Assembly (NCBI GenBank): GCA_002269645.1
Contig: NIVC01001398.1
Span: forward strand, 124,001 to 188,000
Direction: 5' to 3'
Source: Macrostomum lignano
Lineage: Eukaryota
Length of the DNA stretch: 64,000 nucleotides
The notes under the pieces: generated by a model
What the model saw: only the letters and a program-made list of their open reading frames with translations
The model's database searches: none
Told to the model about the DNA's origin: nothing
Position numbers and translations under genes: made by a program
Shown here: one piece after another, positions 13,101 through 31,878 of the stretch
How positions within the stretch are numbered: position 1 is the stretch's first letter
Layout of the letters: each line of letters starts with the position of its first letter

Positions 13101-13501
13101 ACCTTGTCTCAATTTCTTGCAATACCTCAACCTGTAAATTTCTAGCCCATAACACAATGTTTTTTTCCCAAACCTCTATTACATTAATAGTGAATGTGTA
13201 GGAGCCTAATACATAGTACTAATTCATAATTGACATCCATTTACATAAGGCCATAAGCTATTGATATGACACAAAATGATAAAAAATGGCCACAAAATTA
13301 GGCAGAAAAACAAAGACACAAAGACACAAATAAAACTTTCGGAACATTTTCGGAACATATAAAGAACAAATAGAACAAATGAAGCAAACGCCTTACCTCA
13401 GAATTAAAATTTTCCTGATTCACAACATTGTGACCACAAATCCTGGCAATACAGGAACCCCAATTACCAGAACCAATAACTGCTACATTTTTTGGAGACA
13501 T
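10116..13501 (-). CDS. GPD1: Glycerol-3-phosphate dehydrogenase [NAD+], cytoplasmic (5 exons, 351 aa)
   Basis: Exons 13501-13397, 12071-11859, 11540-11382, 11044-10780 and 10429-10116 all have GT-AG boundaries with matching phases. Motifs: VIGSGNWGS (Rossmann fold), [93 protein letters not shown], ending HPEHM*. Confidence 0.97.
11076..11310 (-). mobile_element. tRNA-derived CORE-like SINE, copy B (in GPD1 intron 3, internally deleted)
   Basis: Shares aatgggcagatg..aaccgacagctcag, ccccagctaatgctggcacccattttacagctgggtgaactgaagcaatgcagag and the tRNA head (TAGCTCAAAGG-like A box; GGTTCGATT B box on minus) with copies A and C. Confidence 0.85.
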
Positions 13502-16128
13502 TTTGAATTTATTCTAGTTTAGATAGTAGATAAAAGTAATCTCGGCTTAGCTTAAGTATTACAATGATCTAATTTCCAAAATAATGTGCGCGCGCGTGCG
13601 TCAACACTGAATTTCCTGGACAAACGAATGTTTAAAACTTTTCGTGTTTTTTCATCGTTAAGAACGGCCCGGAAACCCTAAGTAAATATATAAAGCATAC
13701 TAAAATAAAATTGAATATTTCTTAACAGAAGCCACTAAATAGAGATATCCAAAAATACTTGTACATCGATTTGACATGAAAAGTAGTCTAGTTAATCCCT
13801 GCAAGAGTTTGCCTAGCCAATTGACTGTCAACTGAATTTATTGGACGTATGAAACATTCGCCGACACTTATTCAGACACTTCTACAGACACTTTAGTTTC
13901 TGTCGTACGGTTAGGAACAAGCGTAAAATTTGTCTAGGACACTTCCTAGTTCATATTTAATGAAATAAAGCAGTCCATGCATAGTTTTATTGGCCTTAAT
14001 GTATAAAAACACGATATATGAATTTAACAAAAATGAGACCTTAAATGTAAAAAAAATCCAAAGACAATTTAGTATAGTTTGTTTAGAATTTTTTCATTAT
14101 ACAATAGCCCCTTTGTTTCTAATCAGTTGTTTTTAAAAGCCTTGAAAAATAGTCTGATGTTGCGCGAGTCAACAATATCATTTTATCATCTGATATCATT
14201 GTATCATTTTATCTTTATCATTATCATTATTATTAGATCAGCTAAGAATCATAATATCCAGTCCAGTCAGTCAGTCTCAGTCACTCTGTCGGTTATGTCG
14301 ATTGACGATGTGACGTCCTTCAATACGTATCGTTCAAATTTCAATACACGTATGGGCAAGAGTAGCACATTAATAAACACAATTGCTTTACCAATTACCT
14401 TTTTACCAAGACCCCTTGTTTGATTCTGACTAAGCATTGTCATGACATGAGCACCACGATGATGCTTCTTATATGGGAAATTTTTTCCGCACAGAAATAA
14501 ATGTTGACTAATTTCAGACTTCAATGGCACACAATAAACTAGGCCTAATATGAAAAGTTCCACTAGGTCTGCCTAAGTAACCCATTTTTCATATTTCTAT
14601 TTGTAGCTAAATCTATTTTTTGGATAGCCATAGCCTAGGCCCTATCAATTGCTAGGCCCCCCTATATGTTATTTATGGAACTAACTTCCTATAACTTCCA
14701 ATAACTTTGTTTTCTAATTTAATTACAAGAGAGGGTTTTCAATTTTTACTGGAATATAATAAGAAAAAATAAATAAGTCTCATTTATTATACCAAAATGC
14801 CTTACATGGGAAATTCCACCAAAACAAAAGCAAAAATAAATAGGCCTAAAATCTAAATAAGAAGTAGGAATATATTATTATTAAATGTGACTTATTTATT
14901 TGACTTATGCCTAGCTATAACTATAAGGTTATCCCCAGAGCTAGAGTAAATAAAGAGATACAGGGAATAGATATAAATGCTTATTCTACTAATCCTTGAA
15001 TAACCTATGTTTCTATAGATAAAGAGTTGGTGCCATTATTTAGGAAGGTCTCTTCAAAGGCAATGAAGCAATGGTTAAACAAAGAGGGCTCCTTAGACTA
15101 GGCTCAATCTTTCTATTTCTCAACTTTAATAAAGTTTTTACTTTTTGACCACACTTAATATTTTTAATAATTTCATATTTGATCATATTTGATTATACTA
15201 TATATCAAGTGTATACCCCTCTGGTATACCACTTTTTTAGTATGCTAGGCCCTACTTCTTAGCCTTTCTTAAGTATATTAACACTTTTCAAAGTCAAAGT
15301 GCATTATTTTTATATATTTATTAAAGATTTATATTAGAGATTAAGGCTAAAAGCTCCTACACTATTTTTGAATCTAGTATTAAAATCTGTTATCTTAGTA
15401 CTCATGGTATACATTAAGATTGTCCCCCTAAGCTAGCTAAGCATAGGGCCTAGCTCATCATTTTAGGATTTTTAGTAAGTTATATAAAATGTACTAGACT
15501 TTTGGAGATAAGGTTTCTAGGATAAATCCTAGGGTAAAATTTATCCTAAAAACAAATTACATTCTACACAGAATGAGAAAGTAATTTATAAATAAATGTG
15601 TATATCTTGGCAAATATATGCATAACTTCAATAATTTCTTTTCTTTGGCTCTGAGGAATGATGTAGGGGTTACTTCTGTCCTTATAAATAATCTCACAAT
15701 GCTACCAAAGTTGTGATAAGGGTGAGCTTCCCTCTATTGATTAATGTACTTTGGTATCAATTTACTTATACTTATTAGTAGTGTGCCTACTTCTTTATCT
15801 ACTTCTATATTGGTAGTGTCTACTTATCTTATTGGTAGTGTCTATACATGTACTGTACTCTTTGACCTGAATGGTCTAATGGCACTGTCTACTCTATTTA
15901 CTCCTTTAAGTTTACTCTCAGTCCTGGGCATTCCCTGGATCAAAGGGTCATGGCCTTATATATTTTCCCTGCCCTGAGGCAATTCTCACTTTTAGCAGTT
16001 TCTGATACTCCCAATGAGGGGCTTAATACTCTAGAAAATGAGTAAGGCTTTTTGAATACTGCAATCTAGTGATTTAATATAGGAATGAATATATTCAGAG
16101 CAAGTTATTTAGCTTGCAGAACTGTAAC

Positions 16129-16423
16129 CATACATGCGCAACCTCCAAAATTCGGTCGGCCGTGCAACTTAGTTTTAACAAAAATGCAACATAGTTTTTG
16201 GCCAAAAATGTGACTTACATGTAAAAAAACCCGAAGCAAAATTAACGCAACTTTGGGTAAACGACAGGAGTAACTTTGACTGTCTTATTAAGCCAAAATG
16301 CCTCGTCAGCTACTTAGTACTACTACTTGGTGTTTTTTGAGTGGGCATTTTTGCAACCTCCTTGGTTGGCCACCAAATCTGTCGGCCAGATCGGCCGACT
16401 CTGCCGACTGTTGCGCATGTATG
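16129..16423. mobile_element. Non-autonomous hAT-type MITE (295 bp)
   Basis: Perfect 14-bp TIR CATACATGCGCAAC (16129-16142) / GTTGCGCATGTATG (16410-16423), flanked by an exact 8-bp TSD ACTGTAAC (16121-16128 and 16424-16431). Confidence 0.88.
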
Positions 16424-16508
16424 ACTGTAACACAAAGTAAACAAGTTGACATGATTTATTTTTCTTGCCCTGTTCTAGGCTCTTATTTATATTAATATTT
16501 TTTATAGT

Positions 16509-17059
16509 CATACATGCACAACCTTGGGATTCACCTGGCCATTTCTATTGGCAACATACACACATGTAAGTCGCTATTGGCTGAGAACAGTCACGTGACT
16601 ACTAGAGGTCGGACGGGATTGAAATCTTCGGGCGGGATCGGGATCGGGACCGGGATTCGGGAATCGGGATCAGGTCTTTTAATGTATTGTCCATGTAAAG
16701 TTAAACAAAATTGAGAAAAGATTGTAAAGATCAAGAAGTAAAACACAATGAAATTGATGTGAAGTTTTGTAACCAACAAAGTAAAAAATGTAACGAGTAC
16801 AAGTTAAAGCAAAATACCTTCAAGTAATCACTAATTCTATAAATTATTAATCAAAAGACCTGTTCCCGAATCTCGAGTTTTTTAGGGTCGGGATTCTGGT
16901 CCCGCGGAAATTCAATTTTCCTTGGGATCCCGAGATTTCGAGACCGGGATCGGGATCCCGTCCAACCTCTAGTGACTACTATTCCGTCCAATAGCAACTT
17001 ACATGTGTGTGTTGCCAATAGAAACGGCCGGGTGAATCCCTAGGTTGCGCCCAAGCATG
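16509..17059. mobile_element. Palindromic hAT-type MITE (CATACATG TIR family) interrupted at its centre by a nested element
   Basis: The left arm (CATACATGCACAACCTTGGGATTCACCTGGCCATTTCTATTGGCAACATACACACATGTAAGTCGCTATTGG...) is the reverse complement of the right arm (...CCAATAGCAACTTACATGTGTGTGTTGCCAATAGAAACGGCCGGGTGAATCCCTAGGTTGCG...CATG). 8-bp TSD TTTATAGT at 16501-16508 and 17060-17067. Confidence 0.85.
16603..16971. mobile_element. Nested hAT-type MITE (369 bp, TAGAGG TIR)
   Basis: 17-bp TIR TAGAGGTCGGACGGGAT / ATCCCGTCCAACCTCTA (1 mismatch), subterminal CGGGAT repeats, and exact 8-bp TSD GTGACTAC (16595-16602 and 16972-16979). Confidence 0.9.
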
Positions 17060-18884
17060 TTTATAGTTTCAAACAAAAATTCAAAAAATAACTGTAAAAA
17101 ATATTTTTATAACTCACAACATTTAAACAAAAGATAAAATATTTGTTTTTAGCATGTATTTAAAATAGAATTTTCTAAGAAACATGAAAACAAGTAAATT
17201 TTTAGAACTATTATACAGTATTATATTATTATTAATGCACTATCTCAGGAAGCTTTAATGAAATAATACTTGTGCTAAAGTTACCATTGCTACATTTAAA
17301 TCTAACAATATATGCACCTTTATGGCAATCCCTATTGTTCTTTATGCCTTTCTTGGTAAAAAATATTTGTTTTGTACACTTAATGTATGGAGTATACCTT
17401 GGCCTAGAATATAGATTGAGACAACAAGGCACATACATAGAGAGAAATGGTTAGATTGGATAACATAGAGGTCTCTATTTATAAGTTTAGTCCTTAGCTA
17501 AGCTTGGAGATAGTTAGCAATAAAGAGCCACTTCTATATTATATAGCCTGGTTTATATTGCTCAATAATATTAATTAGATTTACTAACACTAGATATGCA
17601 ATGCTATAAATTTATTTGCAGATAGTAGTTATTCCCTTAGTAGCATAATAGAACTTAGCTATATTGTACCAAATGCTATAAACTGGCTCAAACCTTGTGC
17701 TATCAAATAGAGTTAGATAGCAGTTTGCATTCTTCTTAGGCCATTAAGGCTTAGGGTAGTATCTTAGCCATTTTACCTAATTGGGCAATAGACCAGAAGA
17801 ACCCTTAAGACTAGCCTAATATTAGGAAGAGGACTACTAATGACCAGAGCCTTCTAGCCTATTAGCATGGTTGAACAGCTTAAATGTTTAATGGTACATT
17901 AAATAGTACCATAGACTTCTACCAAACTGGCAAAAGTCACTAGATAGGTGGCTAGCATTAAAGCCTAGTCTATCTAGCAGCCCTAGGGTCTGCCTTGAAT
18001 ATTTGCAAAGACAAGTATCCCTAAGTTGACTTGTGAGATAGTGTGGGAGAGTCTGTGGTTGGCAAAGGCAAATCAGGGACAGGTCTTCTACTAGCCTTAA
18101 CTTGCTAAAGCAGGTATAAAGCATCACAAACCTTAGCCTATAGGCCTAATCTGTCTCATACTTCATTGGCATAGTAAATAGGATAGTAAATTGTACTTAA
18201 CTTAGCCTATTACAAAAGCCAAAAGTATTACTTAAATATGTACATGACAATAAATGTCTTTAAACTTTATTTAAAGTATTAGACTTATTTCAATTTAGAT
18301 CTCAACTTAAATAATCATTTATTAGTCCAACTCCTTAGCACTAGCCATGGGGAACTTTCATACTGATGCTTCATACATTGCATACTACTCTCAGTAGGCC
18401 TTTGACAATGCATATAATTTAGTATATTGAAGTATAATATGAGCTTCGAAGTATGAACATAATGTAGAAATGGAGTTTATTAAGTAGTTTGATTATGTTT
18501 CAATATTTTTTGTCCTAATTTGCCTTGTCTTATGGTTGTAAATTAAGATTTTGTTGTTAGGCTGTATGATTTCATGTCAAACTATTCTGATTCAATAATG
18601 TACAGTGAATTTGGATGCCCCTTTTACTCCTATCTTGACAGTGTTTCTAATTTCATAGCTAAAATCAATCGATTAAATAAAAAGGCTGCGGTAAAATGGC
18701 AAAATGGCACAACTCCAAGAGATTGTAGTTAAAGTGCGCTTTTACTATTATCAATAACCATAATTAGTTTTGCGCCTGTTTGCACTTTCAACGGACACTC
18801 GCTAGACGGTTGATTCAGCGCCAGTCTTTACCCATTCCAGTCATTTAGTGCCCTTCCTTACCCCCTTGTCTTCTGCTGTCCGCC

Positions 18885-25696
<6,812 letters not shown>

Positions 25697-25811
25697 AATT
25701 TATTTTATTTATTGCGCTTTTTTCTACCATTGTTTCAATTCAATAGTGCATAGTTTAAAGAGCCTGGCTGTAGTCAACTAAAAGCCTTTATTACCAAGAT
25801 TTATTAATCTA

Positions 25812-25823
25812 AATAAAAATAAA
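25812..25823 (+). terminator. Candidate polyadenylation signals (AATAAA x2) of SPOP
   Basis: aataaaaataaa ~115 nt after the SPOP stop codon. Confidence 0.5.
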
Positions 25824-26544
25824 CTAAATCTCAAAAAATGCTCAGGCTCTAGGCCCAAATATCATTAAGAATTTTTTAAATTGAAATGTCATGAAATCCA
25901 TTGAAGTAGTCAGAAGTACATTTTGTAACTTTTTACTTTTCAAGCCAGGAGTTTGCTAGTGGATTAATACTAATAACACCTGCTATCTTTAATGTGTCAA
26001 TCTATATTCTAGTCTATTGTTTAACTATATTCATTAGTCTTGCAAATCAGCACTAGAAAGCTAACGCATCTATAACTTATTGCGTCTTGAAGCCAATCGA
26101 AAAACTGGGTTTTTTCTAACTGGTTCCCATGGTTACTATTACTATTTATACATTGCTTTTTGTAAATAAGTTTAAATGCTATGAAAGATAAATTTTGTAG
26201 CATCAATCTGTGCGAACAACTGCCACTCTGTCTGTGTGCTAATCCTCACTTTTCATTGCCTGCTTATCTGTTTATTGTCAAGTTCAGCTTGTTTTATACG
26301 GAATAGTAATGTTAAGTATATAGTTAACTGTAATAACTAACATTGCACTATCTATATTTATGTAGCAGCATAACTTCAGTCCAGCCTCCTTAATCTGTTG
26401 CTCTATTTGTTTTGGAGCCGAGCTGATTTCCGTACTTTCTCCCAAGCTTTATCGATGAATTAACAAAGACTTTTCAGATTCGGACTAGGGCTATAGGTAT
26501 TGGCTTTCGCATGAAGTAAACTTTTAGTATAAATATTTTTGAGC

Positions 26545-27455
26545 AACAAAGACCCCAGTATCCAACTGAATAATCAGCAATGCAACAAAGACCCCAGCAT
26601 CCAAAAGAATTAATCAGCAATGCAACAAAGACCCCAGCATCCAAATGAATTAATCAGCAATGCAACAAAGACCCCAGTATCCAACTGAATAATCAGCAAT
26701 GCAACAAAGACCCCAGTATCCAAATGAATAAATCAGCAATGCAACAAAGACCCCAGTATCCAAATGAATTAATCAGCAATGCAACAAAGACCCCAGTATC
26801 CAACTGAATAATCAGCAATGCAACAAAGACCCCAGTATCCAAATGAATAAATCAGCAATGCAACAAAGACCCCAGCATCCAAATGAATAAATCAGCAATG
26901 CAACAAAGACCCCAGCATCCAAATGAATAAATCAGCAATGCAACAAAGACCCCAGCATCCAAATGAATAAATCAGCAATGCAACAAAGACCCCAGCATCC
27001 AAATGAATAAATCAGCAATGCAACAAAGACCCCAGCATCCAACTGAATTAATCAGCAATGCAACAAAGACCCCAGCATCCAAATGAATTAATCAGCAATG
27101 CAACAAAGACCCCAGCATCCAAATGAATAAATCAGCAATGCAACAAAGACCCCAGCATCCAAATGAATAAATCAGCAATGCAACAAAGACCCCAGTATCC
27201 AAATGAATAAATCAGCAATGCAACAAAGACCCCAGTATCCAACTGAATTAATCAGCAATGCAACAAAGACCCCAGCATCCAAATGAATAAATCAGCAATG
27301 CAACAAAGACCCCAGCATCCAAAAGAATTAATCAGCAATGCAACAAAGACCCCAGCATCCAAATGAATTAATCAGCAATGCAACAAAGACCCCAGTATCC
27401 AAATGAATAAATCAGCAATGCAACAAAGACCCCAGCATCCAAATGAATAATCAGA
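26545..27455. repeat. Minisatellite, 39-40 bp unit (gcaacaaagaccccagcatccaaatgaataaatcagcaat)
   Basis: About 23 tandem units. Confidence 0.95.
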
Positions 27456-28004
27456 ACTGCTAAGATCTCAATACACCTGATATGTCAAGTAAGTCTCGAA
27501 AACAATTATTAATAGCCTTTTGCACTTTAAAGTGAGACATTGCACCACACTTGGAGCCTATTGAGCATATTTATGTAACACATTGAACTTATTGTTTTGC
27601 ACACAAGAGGGTAAACAGTTTATCATTAAATGTTTCAACTGTTATTTATCTTTGCGCTGCAGTTTTATAAATAGTTAAACAAATAAATATTGGACTACAA
27701 ATGCGTCCTATTCAAAAATAAATAATTTGGCGCGTTGTTTGCCTTATTGTTTGTCCGAGAATTTTGTTTTAATTTTACTTAATACCATTTTTTATTTAGT
27801 GTAGGCAAACTAGCTTGTTTTCAGCGTTTTCATTTTCATTTTATAGGGAAACAAACGTTTGATTCTTAATTACTCTTAGTGCCTGTTTTTAGTAGTGTAG
27901 ATAGGGCATCAAATTCAATGTAAAATATTTCCATTTATTGATTACTTTCGGTCAGTTGCCAGGCCAGTTTTATTTTCTTTTAACTTGCCTGACAATATTC
28001 CTCT

Positions 28005-28652
28005 CTATGATCTCATACTCATGATCTCATTCTCATAATCTCAATGTATGATCTCATTCTCATAATCTCAATGTATGACTTCATTCTCATAATCTCAATA
28101 TAGGATCTCATTCTCATAATCTCAATGTCTGATCTCATTCTCATAATCTCAATGTATGATCTCATTCTCATATTCTCAATGTCTAATCTCATTCTCATAA
28201 TCTCAATGTCTGATCTCATTCTCATAATCTCAATATAGGATCTCATTCTCATAATCTCAATGTCTGATCTCATTCTCATAATCTCAATGTATGATCTCAT
28301 TCTCATAATCTCAATGTATGATCTCATTCTCATAATCTCAATGTATGATCTCATACTCATAATCTCAATGTTTGATCTCATACTCATAATCTCAATGTAT
28401 GATCTCATACTCATAATCTCAATGTATGATCTCATTCTCATAATCTCAGTGTATGATCTCATTCTCATAATCTCAATGTATGATCTCATTCTCATAATCC
28501 CAATGTATGATCTCATTCTCATAATCCCAATGTATGATCTCATTCTCATAATCCCAATGTATGATCTCATTCTCATAATCTCAATGTATGATCTCATACT
28601 CATAATCTCGGTGTATGATCTCATTCTCATAATCTCAATGTATGATCTCATG
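28005..28652. repeat. Minisatellite, 27 bp unit (atgatctcattctcataatctcaatgt)
   Basis: About 24 tandem units; gives the MRSYIEIMR artefact ORF. Confidence 0.95.
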
Positions 28653-29003
28653 CTTATACTATCAATGCCAAAAAAGTACCAAAAATAGCAAGATCAATTT
28701 GTTTTGCAAGTTGAAATCGAACATGGCTGCTATGGATGCGGCATTCAAGTAATTTATTTTCATTATTTATGTTAAATTGCACAAGTTAACTGGGCCTTCT
28801 TCAGTCGACGGGGGAATTTTCATTCGAATGACTCCTCTCGTACTGCTTGCTGTACAGGCTGGGTTTAAACAGGAGATTCCATCGAGCAGTCATTTGCGTA
28901 TTGAGGTAATTCAGATTCGATTAAAAAAGTTCCAAGGGGAAATCTTTGTTGCATGCCCGCTGTTGGTTGTTGGCAGCCTCGCATCGCGCGCTCATCAGTG
29001 CTT

Positions 29004-29658
29004 TTAGCCCCACGCCATGTCCGCCACGTCCAGCTCGATCTCTTTTTTGGACTTGTAATAGCACGGCCTGGTGGCGTAGCTGGGCAGGGCTCGGCAGTAC
29101 CAGTTCTCGCGCTCGACGGGGTCCAGAATGTCGGTGGGGTTGGTCATGTCCCAGTTGACGCCGCCCACCATGTCGCACAGGGCGAAGCAGATCTCAGCCG
29201 TTCTGATTTTGCAATCGAATACTCCTGTTCCTAAAAATAACAAAATATTAATAATAGTAATGATATCTGCCGCATCGGTTATGCTGAATTCTGGCAAGGA
29301 AAATCCCAACTACAAGCTTGACTTACGGGTGTTGTACTTGTTGTACGCTATGTACCCGTTTGGACAATAGTCGTCGTAACTTGTGTACGACACGTTCACA
29401 TCTTTTGGCGGATACTGTGAGGTGCCTTCGGTGCTGCGAATCTGGCGAGCTAGCTTAGTGGTCTTGCCGTTGCCACCGACAGCTGCGGGTTCGTGCGTTA
29501 TAGACTTGCTTTATTAGTTAAGAAGTCTACATAATTCCTTCATTACTATCACAGTTGCTATGCTGTTGCTGGGATAACTTACCAATTGAGTCTCCGCTTT
29601 TGATGGCCCAGAGCAGGCCGAGGGCCAACAAAGTGCCGATCAGCTTTATTGAAGACAT
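29004..29658 (-). CDS. Uncharacterised secreted 6-cysteine protein (3 exons, 152 aa)
   Basis: Exons 29658-29583, 29482-29327 and 29230-29004, with gtaagt donors and cgcag/ttttag acceptors; both introns are phase 1. Translation: MSSIKLIGTLLALGLLWAIKSGDSIAVGGNGKTTKLARQIRSTEGTSQYPPKDVNVSYTSYDDYCPNGYIAYNKYNTRTGVFDCKIRTAEICFALCDMVGGVNWDMTNPTDILDPVERENWYCRALPSYATRPCYYKSKKEIELDVADMAWG*. It has a hydrophobic N-terminal signal peptide, and an AATAAA lies ~250 nt downstream (28753-28758). Confidence 0.8.
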
Positions 29659-29814
29659 GCTCTCTCTTGGCTTGGTGTTCAGTAGCTGCGTAGATCCTCA
29701 GAATGGAATCTTAGACGAGGCTAGTCGTAACAGTCGTTCGTTTGCGTCTGTCGAGTCTGCTGCTGGTCCCGCGATGACACTGGGGCCAGCGCTGCCGTCT
29801 GGCCGCTACTAATA

Positions 29815-29902
29815 TAGGCGTGGGCGGCTGAGGGGCGCGGGTGAGGGGGGCAGAGAGTGAGGGGCGGTTGCTAAGCATGTGACCCAAGGCCGCCCCGCCC
29901 CA
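29815..29902. promoter_or_regulatory. GC-box cluster upstream of the secreted-protein gene
   Basis: GGGCGG/GGGGCG/CCGCCCCGCCCC motifs ~160-240 nt upstream of ATG 29658 (minus). Confidence 0.35.
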
Positions 29903-31227
29903 GCCAGAGCTGAATGAATGGCTGAGTGGAAGCGGAATGAGCCCTCAGCTCGAATGGGGTTTCGTCAGTTTCGTCTGAAACCAAGTGCGTCTGTCGCTTG
30001 CGTCTGTGGACCTAAATTCCGCTATACTTGGCCTCCGCAACAAACTTGTCGCCAAGTCTGCAATGCCAGACTCTGCCAGGCTTCCCCCAGCCTTTGTCTA
30101 CCGCGATTCATCCCGTCTCCGCTATTCATCCAGTTGAGAACTGAGCTGCAGCCTGTAGGCCAACCGCTCTGTTGTCGGCCTGAACTTGCGTGGGCGGCGG
30201 GCTCCAGGGACAGACGGCTATTTAATTAACTCCTGGATAGACCAAGGGCCCTGCGTTCATCCCTTCCCATTTTCCAGCTCCATTGCAAGTCCCCCGACCT
30301 CTTCGTTCAAGCTGTATGAGTCATCGGCCGTCTGTCTTTGCACCCTAGTTTAGTTTTTACACAGCTTGGAAGCAATATGGCAATCCCAGATGCAAAATCC
30401 CAACGGAATATCGGGTCTCTGGTCTGCTTTTTTGGTTGATTTCCGTTTTGACAAAAACAAAAAAAATTGAAAAGTTTTTCCGAAGTTTCCTGCTAGAAAG
30501 ACAATTTTGTTTTTGTTTTCTACTATTGAGCTGCTTCATTGTGTCATTTGACTGTAACAAAAAACTTTCGGGACAGATATGCTTTCTTTGCCCTGTCTAA
30601 TTTTAGCATCACAATCACTTTTTCTGCCGCACTGGTTCAGTTCGAACGCCCCGCGTGTGTTATTATCTATCGGTTTTTGTCATGCTAAAAAATTCCAGTT
30701 AAGTTGGAATTCCTTGCTTATCTACTGAGTTGGACTCAGCTTGTACCGAGTTTTTTGCCGATTCAGCAAAGTTTCACTTCGTTAGCTATAAGCTCGGCCG
30801 GGCTTTTCTCGGACAAAAAAAGATAGACAAGCAAGAAAAAGGTGAAAGAGTGACGAAACTAAGAGTGCTTGCCAGTTCTTGCCAGCAGCTGGCGGCGGCG
30901 TGCTCTCGGGTCACGGCTCACGGGCGCGCCTCGTGATTTGGCCAATTCTCTGTGCCCAGGGGCATCGGTTATGCCTTCTCTCTTAGCCTTAGCTGCTTTC
31001 CTCGGGTCTGCTGCAACCTCCCACACGCTGTCATTGTCATCTGCCTGCCGCTTGCTGTCTGGGGCATGGACACCTCAAGCTACACATCTGGACTGGCAAG
31101 AAACGTCTGGCTATGCAGGTAGCCTTTGTTTGCAATTTTAGTCTACTTCTTACGAGTGTGTGATGATAAATTTCCAGGCTGTAGATCAGGGTTAGGCAAA
31201 CTCCGGCCCCGGGCCACGTGTCTCTGT

Positions 31228-31878
31228 TCTCTCCCCCCCCTCTTCTCCACTTATCTCCCCTCTTCTCTCCTCTCTTCTCTCCCTCTTCTCTCTCCTCTCT
31301 TCTCTCTCCTCTCCCCTCTTCTCTCCTCTCCCCTCTTCTCTCCTCTCCCCTCTTCTCTCCTCTCCCCTCTCCTCTCATCTCTTCTCTCCCCTTTCTCTCT
31401 CCTCTCTTCTCTCTTCTCTTCCCTCCCCACTCCTCTCCTCCTCTTCTCTCATCTCTTCTCTCTTCTTCTCTCCTCTCCTCTCTCCCCTCTCTTCTCTGCT
31501 CTTCTCCTCTCCTCTCCTCTCCTCTCTTCTCCTCTCTCCTCTCGTCTTCTTCTCCTCTTCTCTCCTATCCTCTCCTCTTTTCTCTCTTTCCTCTTCTCTC
31601 TCTCCTCTCCTCTCCTCTTCTCTATCTCCTCTCTCTTCTCTTCTCCTCTCCTCTCCTCTCCTCTTTTCTCTCTTTCCTCTTCTCTCTCTCCTCTCCTCTC
31701 CTCTTCTCTATCTCCTCTCTCTTCTCCTCTCCTCTCCTCTCCTCTCCTCTTCTCTATCTCCTCTCTCTTCTCCTCTCCTCTCCTCTCCTCTCCTCTTCTG
31801 TATCTCCTCTCTCTTCTCCTCTCCTCTCCTCTTCTCTTCTCTATCTCCTCTCTCTTCTCCTCTCCTCTTCTCTCCCTT
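31228..31878. repeat. CT-rich polypyrimidine microsatellite tract
   Basis: (CTCTC/CTCTT)n low complexity. Confidence 0.95.

Noticed and set aside
14079-18127. ORFs in the AT-rich island (14267-14563, 15744-15977, 17272-17454, 17888-18127) as a transposase or other gene
   Set aside because: No recognisable motifs. They may be decayed TE sequence, but this cannot be supported by eye.
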